Assembly: GCA_951406725.2 (NCBI GenBank)
Contig: OX597823.1
Span: 37,696,001 to 37,760,000, forward strand
Origin: Octopus vulgaris
Taxonomy: Eukaryota
Reading direction: 5' to 3'
DNA length: 64,000 nucleotides
Shown here one piece after another: positions 1-13,659 of this stretch. The position numbers were made by a program, and so were the translations under genes. How positions within the stretch are numbered: position 1 is the stretch's first letter; each line of letters begins with the position of its first letter. The notes under the pieces were generated by a model, which was given only the letters and a program-made list of their open reading frames with translations, had not been told where the DNA came from and made no database searches.

Positions 1-1209
1 AAATCCAGTAGAACAGAATGTAGATTTTTGGAACTTGTCTCCAATAAAGTTTGCCTACTTTCATAGAATATATAAAAGCTAGCAGACTTTCTTGTATCGT
101 ACAAGCACAGCAGTACAATAGCAAACCGTATGAGGCAAGATGAATGTAAAGTGGAAACACTACACAAATTAGATTGGAGATAATACATTTCTGTATAGGG
201 AGGTTGGTTGGTTGAACTGGTAAAATATTGGGCAAAATAGGTTATGGTATTTAGCCAAAATTCCATTCTGAGTTCAAATTCTGTCTGTGTCCAGTTGTAT
301 ACTCCATTTAGAATACGTACACTGAAACCATGTGGTAAGAGGCAATTAAAAGGGTTAGTGTCAGGAAAGGCATCTGCCCGTAAGACACTTCCATCCAACC
401 CATGCTAGCAAGAGAATACAGACATAAAAATTGATGATGATGATATAAAAATCAATGTAAAACATAACCAAAACTATTGAAACTGTTAAGACTAGACTGG
501 TATCCAGTGGCTTTGTACCTCTTAATATCAGCTGTGGTTTAATGTCATTGTTTTTACCAATTCCTGTGTAAGTTTGAGACCTCAAGTCATACATGTGCTA
601 ACTGCTATAAAAAAACAACAAAACAGTCATCAAGAATGAGAGAGTTACAGTAATTAGATGTTTTAGAGGAAGGAGAGAATGAAAATTATTTTAACAAAAG
701 ATCTGGCTACAGACTGGTGGCTTCCTTCCTTATTGTTGTTAAATGTTTTTTTTTATAGCAGTTAGCAATTTTAAAAGAAATTAAAGATAGGCTTTTGTGA
801 TTTATTATCTAACAGAGGATATAACAAGAGTCTTTAGTTCCCATTTCTAATGCTTCTCACCTATCAGCAATTTTCTCAATGCATATTCCAAAAGTAGGTT
901 CAGAGAACATGTAAAAATCAATTAGTAGCAGAGCTATACAATCCACCAATTTGTCAGTCAATCCATCATACCAAATTTACTCCAAAAATAAGTCTGTCAG
1001 AAACAAAAGGAAATAAAATGATTAACAACTCATTAATTAGTCTGCAGAACAAATGGTGAAAGCCCTGATTACTTTCAATGCTGATCTAGTTATTATAATG
1101 TATTATAATATATATATATTATTATAAATACATTCATATCATGTGTGTGCGCACACGTGCGTGAGTATGTATGTGGCTGTGTGGTAAGAAACTTGCTTCC
1201 CAATTACTT

Positions 1210-1640
1210 CGAGAGTGTAATGGGTGCTTTTACATACCACCAGCATGCGTGCCATTTGCATGACACTGGTATCTACCATGATTGCAATTTTGTTTGGCTT
1301 GTTGGGTTTTCTAAAGCATAATATAATGCCAAAGGTCTTGGTCATTGCCTCTGTGAGGCCCAACACTCAAAAAGAACTCAGCTACTTTGCCTTCATGAGG
1401 CCCAATGCTCAAAAGGAACTCAACCACCTTGCCTCCATTAGGTCCAACATTCAAAAGACGTTCTTTATGTGCCACCAGCACAGGTGCACTTGGCTTTACA
1501 GGTCCTCTCAAGCACAGGCACACCACCAAAGATCTTGGTCACCAGTTATTGCCTCACAGGCATCAAACAATCTGCCTTTCACTCTGAGAGGCCCTTTGTT
1601 GCCAGCAGGAGTAGGAGCTCTCTGAACTTTGCCCAGCCTA
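1210..1640 (-). mobile_element. Degenerate RTE LINE 3' fragment (RT C-terminus plus 3' UTR pieces)
   Basis: Minus strand gives LRVKGRLFDAC and LGLTEAMT, matching the intact RTE frame at 29790-30830; contains a 42-bp tandem repeat at 1345-1457. Confidence 0.8.
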
Positions 1641-2244
1641 ATATATATGTTTATAGATCTGAACAATGGAGAGGTAATACTCTGTTTGCTTGCCAAGATC
1701 ATTTTTATTATTCTCTACTTGTTACATACGAGATCTGAGAATTTTTCACCATATTAAAACTCAAGACTGACAACATGTTAAAAGTTTAAAAAAAAAAAAG
1801 ATTGTCCACAAAACAAAAGCTGTCTGAGTAATCAATGCATTTTAATATAGTCATATGATTAATTGGTCAACACAAGCAAAATGATAGAGAAGCTTTGGCA
1901 AGCAACAGTAGAAATAGGAAATGAGTTGAACAGAAGAATATGGACGATGATGGTCATGTGATTACACATTTACAAATATAGTTGTTTGGATAGCATTTAG
2001 TTGAAGTAATCAGATAAATTAGTAATTACGAAACATGAGTCAATACAACAACAGATAGAACTAAAAATGGTGACTCACCATTGTCACAGAATATTTCAAA
2101 GAATCAAATGAGTTTCCTCCTCCTTTCCGTTTGTTTTGGCATCACAAAAATAGTTTCATTACATCATCATTTTGGCCAAAACTCAAATACACTGTATGTC
2201 TTGGACAATTCTTAATACAAAAGATGTTTTGCTTCATTTCAAAG

Positions 2245-2580
2245 TTCACTTGTCCAAGCTTGCATGGATTGGACAGAATTTATTAAAGATTTTCTACAGC
2301 TGGATGCCCTTACTATCACCAGTCCTCATCTGTTTCCAAATAAAGCAACATTTTTTCCTGACCAGACATGTTTTCACAGAAGATTGGAAACAAAGGAGAC
2401 AATAACACACTCACAAACACACACATACAACAGGCTTCTTTCAGTTTTCATTAAACAAATCTTCTCACAAGGCTTTGGTCAGCTCAGGGCTATAATAGAA
2501 GACACCTGCTCAACGTGCCACACAGTTTGATTGAATCCAAAACCATGTGCTTGGAAATGAAACTTCTTAACCATACAGTT
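2245..2580 (-). mobile_element. SINE with tRNA-like head and RTE-derived 3' tail
   Basis: Head remnant (aaacttcttaaccatacag), body ggcttctttcagtttt and tail similar to catgcaagcatggaaaagtggac seen in RTE 3' ends in this window. Confidence 0.65.
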
Positions 2581-2911
2581 GAAAATGGTTATCAAGTTCA
2601 TTACTTGCTAATATTTCACCTTTTATATTTAATGTAATATTCCATGTTACATTAACTTCACTTTAATATTCCAACAAGGCTGTAATCTCAAAAAGGATGG
2701 TTTCTTTAGGGTATCTGAGTTTTATTTCTTTTAAAATGGTCGTTTGTTTAGTTGATTTAATATGTTCAGTCTTTTAGTTCTAATTTCAATCTACTTTAGA
2801 TGTTTAAACCCATTAACATTTAGATTACTCAAATAACTCAAATGTAATGCTTATTCATTCACATTGTTTTGAATTTATCATGAATTATCTTGTAGCTTTG
2901 GGATTTTGATT

Positions 2912-3597
2912 TTTCTTCGATGAAAAAAACTTTGACCAGGATCAAAAGTCTAACAGAAGAAATGATAGGTGATTATGTGCAGATCCTTCTGACGTACCCA
3001 GAGTGATGCACATGAAATTTCCAGCAACTGTGACGGTTTTAGGAAAGGTAAGTAGTGAAGGTCACTTTTTTCCACAGGGTCTTAGAATTAATGCTGTTGG
3101 ATACATTGAGATACTGGAAACTGTTATCAAGCCCTGGATTGATGAAGTATGTAATGGAAGGCCATACGTGTTTCAACAACACTCAGCATCTTCCCACAAA
3201 GCTCTAGTCACCCAAGAATGGTTGTCAATCTTTAAGATTATGTAATGCTCAATATGTGACCTCCAAACTCACTAGATTTGAACCCCATGGACGTGCGGAG
3301 CGCTGTTGAAAGGGAGACTAACTGTCATCCTCATAATACCACAGCTTCACTGAAAGCCGCCATTGTCCAGGTGATGTCCAAAATGAATAAGGACCATATA
3401 GTGTCAGCATGCCAGCAGTTTTGGTCGCGCACTGAAGCAATCATCGAAGCTGAAGGTGGTTTCATAGAATAATTTGCTTAAAAAATCATTATCAAGACTA
3501 ATTGCACAAATGTTTATTCAAACACATATTTATTGATGCTGAAATATAGTTGTTTTATTGTATAACAAAACTGTCTTCAAATACCCCTCGCACCCTG
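2912..3597 (+). mobile_element. IS630-Tc1-mariner relic, maT/DD37D-like transposase C-terminal part with right terminus
   Basis: DEKNF...FQQ(H)SASSH...(W)PPNSLDLNPMD...IIEAEGGFIE with stops and a frameshift; about 36-37 residues between the 2nd and 3rd catalytic positions; ends CACCCTG followed by TA. Confidence 0.85.
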
Positions 3598-3659
<62 letters not shown>

Positions 3660-4806
3660 TATACATACATATATTAAAAATAAAAGTAAATATGACTACA
3701 ACGAATTTAGTGAAATTATCAATAAGCAATTATATATTACACAAAAATTATTTATCATGGGAAAATAGTAAGCCACGCAGTGCATACATAGACCCTTCAC
3801 CCTTGATGTGTGTATGAAAAAGTGGATGTTAAAACTATGATGGTGACTAATATGTCCAAACATATTAAGTAATAAACTGTTCTCAATTCATAAGCTCAAA
3901 TGTCCACAAAATCTATAAACACATGTCAATGTTGCTATTATTATAATTATTACCATCTACATAATTTATTGGGATGTAAAAGATCCTGTTTTCTAATTGA
4001 TTAGCACAGTGATGTAATCTAGACACAAGGTAAAATGGTTTGACTGACTAAATATAAAAACTGAAAGCAACCAAGCACACACACATCAGATAATAAATTA
4101 CTAACTTCATATTATCTGAGTAATTTATTATCTGATGGAAATATCAAAAACCAGGTATTATACAATAAAATCAATGACTGAGAAAACAACCTCCCCCCCA
4201 CCAAAAAAAACACACCAGAATAGAATCCCAAGGTATAACTATTTACATAGACATAAAACCATAGATGTTCTGGGTGTGGAAAGGTGTGATAGTCATGCCT
4301 TTCCCAAAAGGGTTAGCAACATAACTGCCACTCATATGACTATTAACAGAGTGTTTGACTAAATGCATCACATAATCATCCCCAATGTCCTAAGTTCAAA
4401 TTCTTCTAGGGTCAAGTCATTCTCATCTTTCCAAGTTTGCTGATGGTCAAGTCATGCAAAGGGTTACTTGAACCGATTCTCTCACTTCCCTACAAATTTA
4501 CCTCTGTAAGGAACCACTGTTATTTCAAACTGTTTAAATCTTATGCTAAGGGGTGTTTTCAAAAAAATCTAACAATGGTTGAACACACTTGTCAAAAGTT
4601 TGCCACATAATTTATTTACTGCAATTAATGATAATTTCTTGTTAGGAAAAAAGAAATGCTAAGTTGTGCTGTCAGTTTATATTCCATCAGCAGTGTCAAC
4701 ATTCCAAGGATACAGAATCCAGGCATATAAGAACAAAAATAAACAGGTAATATATTGCTCAAATTGGCTGGAAATTCATGCCTAGTCGGGGATTCCATAC
4801 AATGTA

Positions 4807-5390
4807 CGAGGTGGTATCAAAAGGTTCCCAGACTAGTTATGTAAAACAGTGACCTTTGGGCTGCATTTTCATCTCAGAGAAGAGACAGAAGTCTACAGGT
4901 GCTAAATCTGGTGAATAAGGTGAGTGCAGAAGCAATACCATGTTGTTTTTGGCGAGAAACTCATGAGTGAAGAGAGCTTGTTGAAGAATCCATTTTTTAG
5001 TGCTCCACAGATCCGGTCGATTTCACCAAATGTCCTCCTCAGACGCTTCAAAATGTTGCCGTGGAACTCTTGATTGAGAGTCTGGCCCTGGGGGACAAAT
5101 TCTCAATGTACAATACCACATTTCTGGGAGCAATGTTCGTAGCAGGTCTTCCAGATTGCTCATCATCTTCCAAGGACATTCCTCAACTTTTGAAGTGCCT
5201 GTGCCACTCAAAACATTGCATCTGACCCATTTCCTCGGTACTGTAAGCTTGCTGAAGCGTGCTCAATGTCTCTGTAGCAGACTTCTCGAGTTTAATGCAA
5301 ATTTTACATGGGCCCTTTGACAAAATCGCAGACTACAGCATACGTGATCACAAAAAACACAAACTTCACACCTTGTGAAGTACACATGGC
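4807..5390 (-). mobile_element. Internally deleted mariner (DD34D-type) relic
   Basis: Minus strand gives HSPYSPDLAPVDF near 4890-4927 and an N-terminal HTH-like segment (QCFEWHRHFK...SLEDDEQSGRPA) near 5140-5300; terminus TA|CGAGGTGGTATCAAAA at 4805. Confidence 0.85.
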
Positions 5391-5754
5391 AATATCACTT
5401 TGGTTTTTTTTGTCCGTTATTTTTAGTGTTTTGACAGATAAAAAGTCATTCCAAAATTGCTTTTTAACATAAGTGTGCCTAAACAAGTCAAATGCTTACA
5501 CAGAGCAAGTTTTACAGCCACATCCTCCAAACCAACTGGGTGAAACCAGGCTAAGCTGCTAGTATTTATATATATATATATATATAAAAATACAAAATGG
5601 GACAAGAACGCAAAACATCCAGATAGACGATACAAAGTAAACAAGGACGGGTCATTTGAAGTTTTTCCTCAGTCAAATACCAGATTATCTTCGCAATTTC
5701 AGCTGATTATATTTGAGATTGCTCCCATCTGGCCAACCCCAAGGAAAAACTAAT

Positions 5755-6418
5755 GCTCTTAGAGATGACTGCACTGGTTTGGTCATGTGATGCATATGGA
5801 CAAAGACAACTGTGTAAAGAAGTGCCTATCTCTAACTGTGGTAGAGGTATACCCGCAAAGACATGGGACAAGGTAATGAAGCATGATCATCGAACTTTGG
5901 GCCTCACAGAGGCAATGACTAGAGACCAAGACCTTTGGCAATACGTTGTGCTTGAGAAGACCTGTCAAGCCAAGTGAAATTGTAGTCATGGTTGATGCTG
6001 GTGTTGTGTAACTGGCACTGGCACATAAAAAGTACCTTTCGATTGTTGAGCCTCATAGAGACAAGGTGGCCAATGCTGGTGACACATGAAAAGCACATTT
6101 TGAGCGTTGGGCCTCATGGAGGCAATGATGAATGACCTAGACCTTCAGCATTATGCGGTGCTTGAGAAGAAGACCCATCAAGCAAAGTAAAATCACAGTC
6201 ATGGCAGATACTGGTGTCACGCAAATTGTACCCATGCCTGTAGCACGTAAAAACACTCATTACACTATTGGAGTGGTTGATGTTAAGAAGGGCATCCAAC
6301 TATAGAAACCATGCCAAATCAGACTGGAGTCTGGTACAGCCTTCCAGCTTGCCAGCACTGGTCAAACTGTCCAACCCATGCCAGCATGGACAACAGATGT
6401 TAAATGATGATGGTGATA
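5755..6418 (+). mobile_element. RTE LINE 3' end with duplicated UTR segments
   Basis: KTWDKVMKHDHRTLGLTEAMTRDQDLWQYVVLEKT followed by the family 3' UTR and a gatgatg tail. Confidence 0.85.
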
Positions 6419-7399
6419 TATATACAAAAACACAGAGTAATTTCTTACACATATACACACACACACACATATATATGTATAACATGCATATATTGTGCGT
6501 ATGTGTGTATATGCACACTCAATGAAAATTAACAAGAGATACATAAAAATCAATAAAACCACATTAATACAAGTATAGAACTGTACAGAAATTTATCTGT
6601 ATACATATACATATACACTTACAGGCATATTCAAACACACACAGCTGTATAAATACATATGCTCATTCACACAGGTTTTGCTTCCAAGGTTCTGAGATCA
6701 TTCAGGCTTTTAAGAGGCTTTCAAATTACCTTGAGGTTCAAGTAGCTAATACCTCCTTACATCACCACCTCCATATTCAAGAGTTACTCTCGACCTTAAA
6801 TATACAATCAAAGCAGACACGATGGTATGCACTGATGACACAAAGGAAGCTTTTCAGAACTCTTTACCTTAAGGACATCTCTGGGAGTTTTCTCTTGTTA
6901 TAATAGCAATCAGACATTTGGGGGTTGACCATGAATAATTGCTTTATTTCTTACAAGTATGTACAGACATTGGTGAACACACATAAACAGAATGCATAGT
7001 AAAAGACAAATATTACTGGATAGAAGGAGAGGATACAAATGTGTGTCTATGTGTATATATCCATATTTATTAATCAACTGAACACATTTTCACACATTGT
7101 GTGTGTGTGTACATATGCATGCATGTTTATATATATTTATACAGATGCGTGTATATAATCATCACTACCATTAATTCCCACTTGTCCATGTGTAAGCATA
7201 TGCGTGTATATAAATGTGTGTTCGTGAGAGTCTAGAGAGTTCACACACACACAACTGTGTAGGAGATATTTCCACGCCGATTTTAGAAACATAACAAAAA
7301 ATACAAGACGACAGGAGTGAAATAACTTTATTGCAGTGAGTCATGGTTAAATTTAGTGTTCTACTGATCTATATTTTTTTATAGTGCATGTCTTATCTT

Positions 7400-7760
7400 T
7401 TATCTTTTACTTCTTTCAGTCATTGGACTGTAGCCATACTGGAACACCACCTTGAATGGTTTAGTTGAACAGATTAACTCCAGTACTAATTCTTTTAGAA
7501 TAACACTTATTCTATTGGACCCTTTTGCAGAACTGCAAATTAGTGATGTAAACAAACCAACACTGGTTGTCAAGTGGTGGTGGGGACAAACAGACACAAG
7601 CACACACATGTATGGGTTTCCACACAGTTTCTATTTACCAAAAAGGCATTGATCAGCCCATGGCTAATAGTAGAAGACACTTGGCTAAGAGGCATATGCA
7701 CTTGGACTGAAACCAAAAACCATATGATTGTAAAGCAATTTCTTAACCGCATAGCCATGT
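7400..7760 (-). mobile_element. tRNA-derived SINE, family A
   Basis: Reverse complement of the 9815-10236 element, diverged. Confidence 0.8.
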
Positions 7761-8125
7761 TGCTTTCAGTTATTGAACACTGTCCATACTGGAGAACTAC
7801 ATTCAAAGGCTTTTAGTCAATCATATCAACCCTAGTACATATTTTACCATCCTGCATTGAAATCTCTCACTACACACACAATACTATTTTATACATTTAA
7901 CCTATCTAGTATACATTAGTGCATGTAGTACTGGCTTCAAGAAAAATGCATCCAACTGAAAAAGCCCAGGCAAAGATGAGATTGGGTTACCTGATATTTC
8001 TAATATTTCAAAACTCCTCTAAATACATGCTGTGTCCAGCCACAACAATATGACCAACTAACATAAGCAAGGAAAGCAGATGTAAAAATCAATTACACAC
8101 ACACAGTCTTCTGCAATGTTTAAAT

Positions 8126-8421
8126 CAGTGGTTCTCAACAGGGGTCCATGCAAGCAAAATAGTAAATTGAGGATCCACAGTAATATTTTAAGGGAGCATG
8201 AAAAATTTTGCTTTAGATGTATTTATTGCAAGAAACAGCAAGATTTCTTTAATGTTTTACATAGCTTATCCTATTTAAGTTAATGTGTGACAAATCAAGA
8301 TAGGAAATTTGAAATTAGTATCTATAAAACTAGTTTTTAAACATTGAATGGCTATGGGGATTCACCAGAAAGAGAAAGTAATCAAAAGGATCCATAGATA
8401 AATAATAGTTGGGGACCACTG
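8126..8421. mobile_element. hAT (Charlie-like) MITE
   Basis: TIRs CAGTGGTTCTCAAC / GTTGGGGACCACTG; flanking 8-mers GTTTAAAT / TTCTAAAT (6 of 8 match); a second copy lies at 44579-49125. Confidence 0.8.
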
Positions 8422-8609
8422 TTCTAAATGATAGTCTCAAGTTATGATTGAAACCAGCACTAAATTACCACAAGAAGTGATAAGGGATGTAGTGAAAGGA
8501 GTACTCAGTATTCTGTGATAAGTATATATATTAAAGCCAACACAATGGGACAGGGTGTGTATGTGTATGTATGTATGCATGCATGCATATATATATATAT
8601 ATATATATT

Positions 8610-8900
8610 AAAGGAGCACTCTGTTGTTTACGACAACAAGGGCCCCAGCTGATATCATCAATGAAACAGCTTGCCCGTGAAATCAATGTACAAGTGCCTC
8701 AGCACTCCACAGACAAGTATACCCTTAATATAGTTCTCAGGGAGATTCAGCATGACACAAAGTGTGGCAAGTTTGGCCCTTGGAAATACAGGTACTACAA
8801 ATTTTTGCCATCTGAATGGACTGGAGCAACGTGAAATAATGTGTCTTGCTCAAGGACACAACGCGTCACTGGGAATTGAACACATGATCGTGAGCCATGT
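8610..8900 (-). mobile_element. tRNA-derived SINE, family B
   Basis: Matches 12267-12565 and 38505-38781 (ctggagcaacgtgaaataa.gtgtcttgctcaaggacacaacgcg). Confidence 0.8.
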
Positions 8901-8925
8901 GTCTTCATACATATATATATATATA

Positions 8926-10451
8926 CAGTTGCGGCCAAAATGTTCAGAACGGCATTGTTTTCGCCAGAAAAGTAGGTATAAGTTTTTATCAAAGTTGTTT
9001 TATATTCTATAATTTTCACAGACAATAAATACAATATTAATTGTTATTGTCTGAGATTTTGGTGTAATTTGAGAGGATAATACAAAAGTTATGGATGATT
9101 TAGTGATTTACTGCAAAACCCAACTGCAACCTATCAAGTGTTGTGGTCTCAAGAAAAATGGCAAACGGTGCATTTCAGTGATGAATCTAAGTTTATGTTA
9201 TTTGGCTCAGATGGAAAAAGGTACGTTCGTTGAAAAGTAGGTGAAAAATTGTCACCTAAATGTCTTAAGACTAGTGTTAAATTTGGTAGAGGAAGTGTCA
9301 TGGTTTGGGGGATGATATCTGGAGATGGCGTGGGCCCTTTGGTGCGATTACATGGAAAGGTAAATGCAGGAGTTTATATAAACAACTTGTAAAAGATCAT
9401 GTCTTGACTGTGCTGAGAAATTCAACTAAGCGACCACCCATATTCATGCAGGACAATGCCCCATGTCACAAGGCTAAGGTGGTCATGAACTTCCTCAAGG
9501 CTGAAAAGGTTATTATTATGGATTGGCCTGCTCAAAGCCCAGATCTCAATCCTATTGAAAATGTGTAGAATATTCTAGGAAAACGTTCGAAAGCCAGAAA
9601 TCCTAAAACAACCGAGCAATTATGGAATGCCCTTCAGGAAGAATGGAATAAGATCACCTAGCAAGAAATTGAAAGTTTAATTTCCTCATGCAGTCGAAGA
9701 TGTCAAAGTGTGATTGAAGCTAAAGGGCTTCACACTAAATATTAAATAATTCCAGTATTCTCTGTCATTTTTTATTATTTTATTTTTTCAACCGTTCAAG
9801 GCGCATTTTTTCAAGGCGCAGGAGTGGCTGTGTGGTAAGTAGCTTGCTAACCAACCTCATGGTTCCGGGGTTCCGGGTTCAGTCCCACTGCGTGGCATCT
9901 TGGGCAAGTGTCTTCTGCTATAGCCCCGGGCCGACCAATGCCTTGTGAGTGGATTTGGTAGACGGAAACTGAAAGAAGCCTGTCGTATATATGTATATAT
10001 ATGTATGTGTGTGTGTTTATGTGTCTGTGTTTGTTCCCCTAGCATTGCTTGACAACCGATGCTGGTGTGTTTACGTCCCCGTCACTTAGCGGTTCGGCAA
10101 AAAGAGACCGATAGAATAAGTACTGGGCTTACAAAAAGAATAAGTCCCGGGGTCGAGTTGCTCGATTAAAGGCGGTGCTCCAGCATGGCCGCAGTCAAAT
10201 GACTGAAACAAGTAAAAGAGTAAAAGAGAGTAAGAGTTCTCATCATTTTGGCCGCCATGGGTTTTGCAGTAAATCACTAAATCATCCATAACTTTTGTAT
10301 TATCCTCTCAAATTACACCAAAATCTCAGACAATAACAATTAATATTGTATTTATTGTCTGTGAAAATTATAGAATATAAAAGAACTTTGATAAAAACTT
10401 ATACCTCCTTTTCTGGCGAAAACAATGCTGTTCTGAACATTTTGGCCACAA

Positions 10452-10454
<3 letters not shown>
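8926..10454 (+). mobile_element. Tc1 (DD34E) transposon, internally deleted, with about 197-bp TIRs
   Basis: TIRs 8926-9122 and 10258-10454 (CAGTTG...CAACTG) flanked by TA; disrupted transposase at about 9155-9745 with FSDESKF, QDNAPCH and WPAQSPDLNPIE; exactly 34 residues between D and E. Confidence 0.95.
9815..10236 (+). mobile_element. Young full-length tRNA-derived SINE, family A, inserted in the Tc1 element
   Basis: A-box-like GTGGCTGTGTGG, B-box-like GGTTCAGTCCC, CORE-like CTTGGGCAAGTG, internal TA/TG microsatellite, (GTAAAAGA)n tail; CpGs largely retained. Confidence 0.9.
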
Positions 10455-10495
<41 letters not shown>

Positions 10496-10883
10496 GTACA
10501 CACATATATATGTACACACATATATATGTATACACATATATACACACACATACGTATACAAATATATATAATTAATAAAAAAGAACAGAAAAGAGATAAC
10601 AAAAAAACACAAACTAGCATGTGGTACATGTAAAGTATTAATAAGATGCTCAGAGAAGGAGAGTGTTTCTTTTACATTAGAAACAAAGCTCTTCTTCAAA
10701 AACAGCATACACAGGAAAGTAAATAAAAAAAAACACCACCAGTCTGCAAAGAAACATATATATATATATACACGTATACATACACATACATAAAGAGGAT
10801 GAGACTATTATTTCAAATAAGGAGAATATCAAGTGGCCAGCATGGAAGAACCATGCAGGTAATAATTTTTATAGATATATAAT

Positions 10884-11096
10884 ATAATAATTAAGTAGGA
10901 ACCCTTAATTATAATTATATCTAAACATATAACATACATATATACATACATATACATATGTACATATAAGTATATCTGCACACATATACATATACGGGTA
11001 TGCACACATATATATCTATATATACATACATATATATATATGTATATAATATAATTATAATTAAGTAGGAACCCTTAATTATAATAATATCTAAAA
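10884..11096. repeat. About 40-bp direct duplication separated by TA/CA microsatellite
   Basis: tataattaagtaggaacccttaatttataa occurs at about 10884 and 11056. Confidence 0.8.
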
Positions 11097-11167
11097 ATAT
11101 ACATATATGTATACATGTAGATAGATACGTATGCACACATATATATATGTATATATACATACATATA

Positions 11168-11541
11168 TTGTGTGGTAATTAGCTTGCTTACGAACAACAT
11201 AGTTCCGGGTTCAGTCCCACTCCATGGCACCTTGGGCAATTGTCTATAGCCTCAGGTTGATCAAAGCCTTGTGAGTGGATTTGGCAGACGGAAACTGAAA
11301 GAAGCCCGTCATATATATGTATGTGTGTATGTGTATACGTTTGTGTGCCTGTGTTTGTCCCCCACAACATCGCTTGACAACCAATGCTGGTGTGTTTACG
11401 TCCCCGTAACTTAGCAGTTCAGCAAAAGAGACCAATAGAATAAGTACTAGGCTTACAAAGAATAAGTCCTGGGGCCGATTTGCTTGACTAAAGGCGGTGC
11501 TCCAGCATGGCCACAGTCAAATGACTGAAACAAGTAAAAGA
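11168..11541 (+). mobile_element. tRNA-derived SINE, family A
   Basis: High similarity to 9815-10236. Confidence 0.9.
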
Positions 11542-11542
11542 A

Positions 11543-11575
<33 letters not shown>

Positions 11576-11967
11576 CTAGCAGTATCGCCCGGCATTGCTC
11601 AGGTTTGTAAGGGAAATAACTATATAAGCATTTTTAGAGATGTAAAGTATAATAGCCATCTCAATATGGCTAACCACAAAGAGGGGGGGTGTTACTGTAG
11701 TTTTTTACGTTCTGAGATTCAATAAATTTTTAGAGAGTTACTTCCCTTATATATGCCAAAAATGCATTAAAAATGGGAAAAATTTATGGTAAATTTTTTT
11801 TTAAATCGTAGACTCATCGTAGACGCGCGCTAATACCCAGAAGGGCACGATATGAATCACGACTATAAGATACCCAGTTTTGGTTAAACTGCACCGCAAA
11901 ATGTGGGAGTAGTTAGGAATCTAAATCGTAGGAGACAGACAGCACACAACCTCACTTTTATATATAA

Positions 11968-11970
<3 letters not shown>
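11576..11970 (-). mobile_element. Non-autonomous Helitron
   Basis: On the minus strand it starts TC and ends CTAG, sits between A and T in an (AT)n tract, and has a GC-rich subterminal hairpin at about 11587-11604; no TIR or TSD. Confidence 0.75.
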
Positions 11971-11998
<28 letters not shown>

Positions 11999-12266
11999 CT
12001 CTGGGATATCCCAGAATCAGCTGGAAGGCTTTGAATCTTTTCCAATGATGTATAAGACTGGAGATGTTTGCCTCGCCTTAACAGTTGATGTCCTCTTTAA
12101 CAATAATATATCTGCTATATCGGAAATCTGCAATGACGCCATAACTACTGTCTCAGCTATAACATTGGAGCCCTAGTAATTCTTTACAGCACTTACCTAG
12201 CATACCAAGTCATTTAGATCACCTGTGAACTAAAGCCCCATATTTTGTACATATATATGTGTATGT

Positions 12267-12565
12267 GAAGGAGCATGGCTTAGTGGTTAGGGTATTCGGC
12301 CCACAATCGTAAAGTTGTGTGTTCAATTGCCGGTGACGCGTTGTGTCCTTAAGCAAGACACTTTATTTCACGTTGTTCCAGTCCACTCAGCTGGCAAAAA
12401 TGAGCATATTTCAAAGGGTCAGCTTTGTCACACTGAATCTCCCTGAGAACTACGTTAAGGGTACACATGTCTGTGGAGTGCTCAGCCACTTGCATGCTAA
12501 TTTGACAAGCCGTTCCGTTGATCATATCAGCTGGAGCCCTCATCATCATAACTGACAGAGTGCGC
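12267..12565 (+). mobile_element. tRNA-derived SINE, family B
   Basis: A-box TGGCTTAGTGG, B-box-like GTTCAATTGC, body gtgtccttaagcaagacactttatttcac. Confidence 0.85.
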
Positions 12566-12636
12566 CAAAAAAAAAACACATATATATATATATATATACA
12601 AAAATAGAAACACACACACACATATATATATACCTT

Positions 12637-12835
12637 ATCATCATCATTGTCTAACATCTGCTTTCCATGCTGGCATGGGTTGGACAGTTTGACCAAGGAC
12701 TGGCAAGCTTTCTACAGTTGGATGTCCCTCCTAATGTCAACCACTCTGAGAGTATAGTGGGCATTTTATACATGCCACTGGCATCGGCCACGACTACGAT
12801 TTCACTTGACTCAACAGGTTTTCTCAAGCACAGCA
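12637..12835 (-). mobile_element. RTE 3' UTR fragment
   Basis: (CAT)n tail, ccatgctggcatgggttgg and ctacagttggatg shared with 29257-29790. Confidence 0.8.
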
Positions 12836-13659
12836 TGTCTTATACACATACATATATAAATATAGTATTAATGTTTGTTTTTATGTCAAGTTTTAAAAAC
12901 AATTTAATATTAAACTGAAGAACTACTGAATAATGTTTGTAGAGTACATATTTATTATATTTTTACAAGAATAACTTCAAAGTCACTCCTCTTGGAGTAT
13001 AATAATAATATACAGTTTGACACAGCTGCACATGACTTAAATTTTGTATGTGTTTAAGGCACATTCATCTCAAATGCTTGGTAAATTCTGCCCTAGCATC
13101 TGATGATAAAATGGACATGATCTATGTGTCCATGAAATTTAAGTCATGTAGAGCTGAGTTAAACTATTACTAAAAATATGCAACTCCTACTAAATCAGTT
13201 GTGTGCTGCTTTCTTTTGTTTGTTAACTTACTCAGTATGAACTGAAAAGATATATGGTGCACACAAATGTAAGATAAATTTTTTTTTCTTTCACCTTTTT
13301 GGCATAATCTTACTTTTCTAAGATATCTGCAAGAAAACTAGCAAACAACTGCACAAGTTGTCAGCAGGGTTCACTCATGAAACATTTCCTTAAAATAGAT
13401 TTATTGAAATATTCATGGCTGACATAAAGCTGAATATGAGGTATAGTAAACTAATTTGAAATGATGCTGGTTTTAAGCAAAAAATTTTTGGAACAGAAAT
13501 TCTCTATGGTAAAAAGTCTCAACTATTTCAGAAATAAAAGTTAAATCACAGAATTGACACTATATTAATATTCGTCAAAATATATTTCTGAGCAAAGGCT
13601 AACTAAAGTTCTCTTTAGACCTAGCCTAAAGTTTGAGTAATAATACATGTCACACAGAC

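Noticed and set aside
10668-10705. Minus-strand TTGAAGAAGAGC...TGTAAAA resembling a Penelope hammerhead
   Set aside because: C3 and GAAA are absent and stem II is imperfect; too decayed to support.
12197-12222. Possible 26-nt micro-exon (cacAG...AG|GTAAGT) on the minus strand
   Set aside because: Sits between transposons with no supporting reading frame; cannot be told apart from chance.
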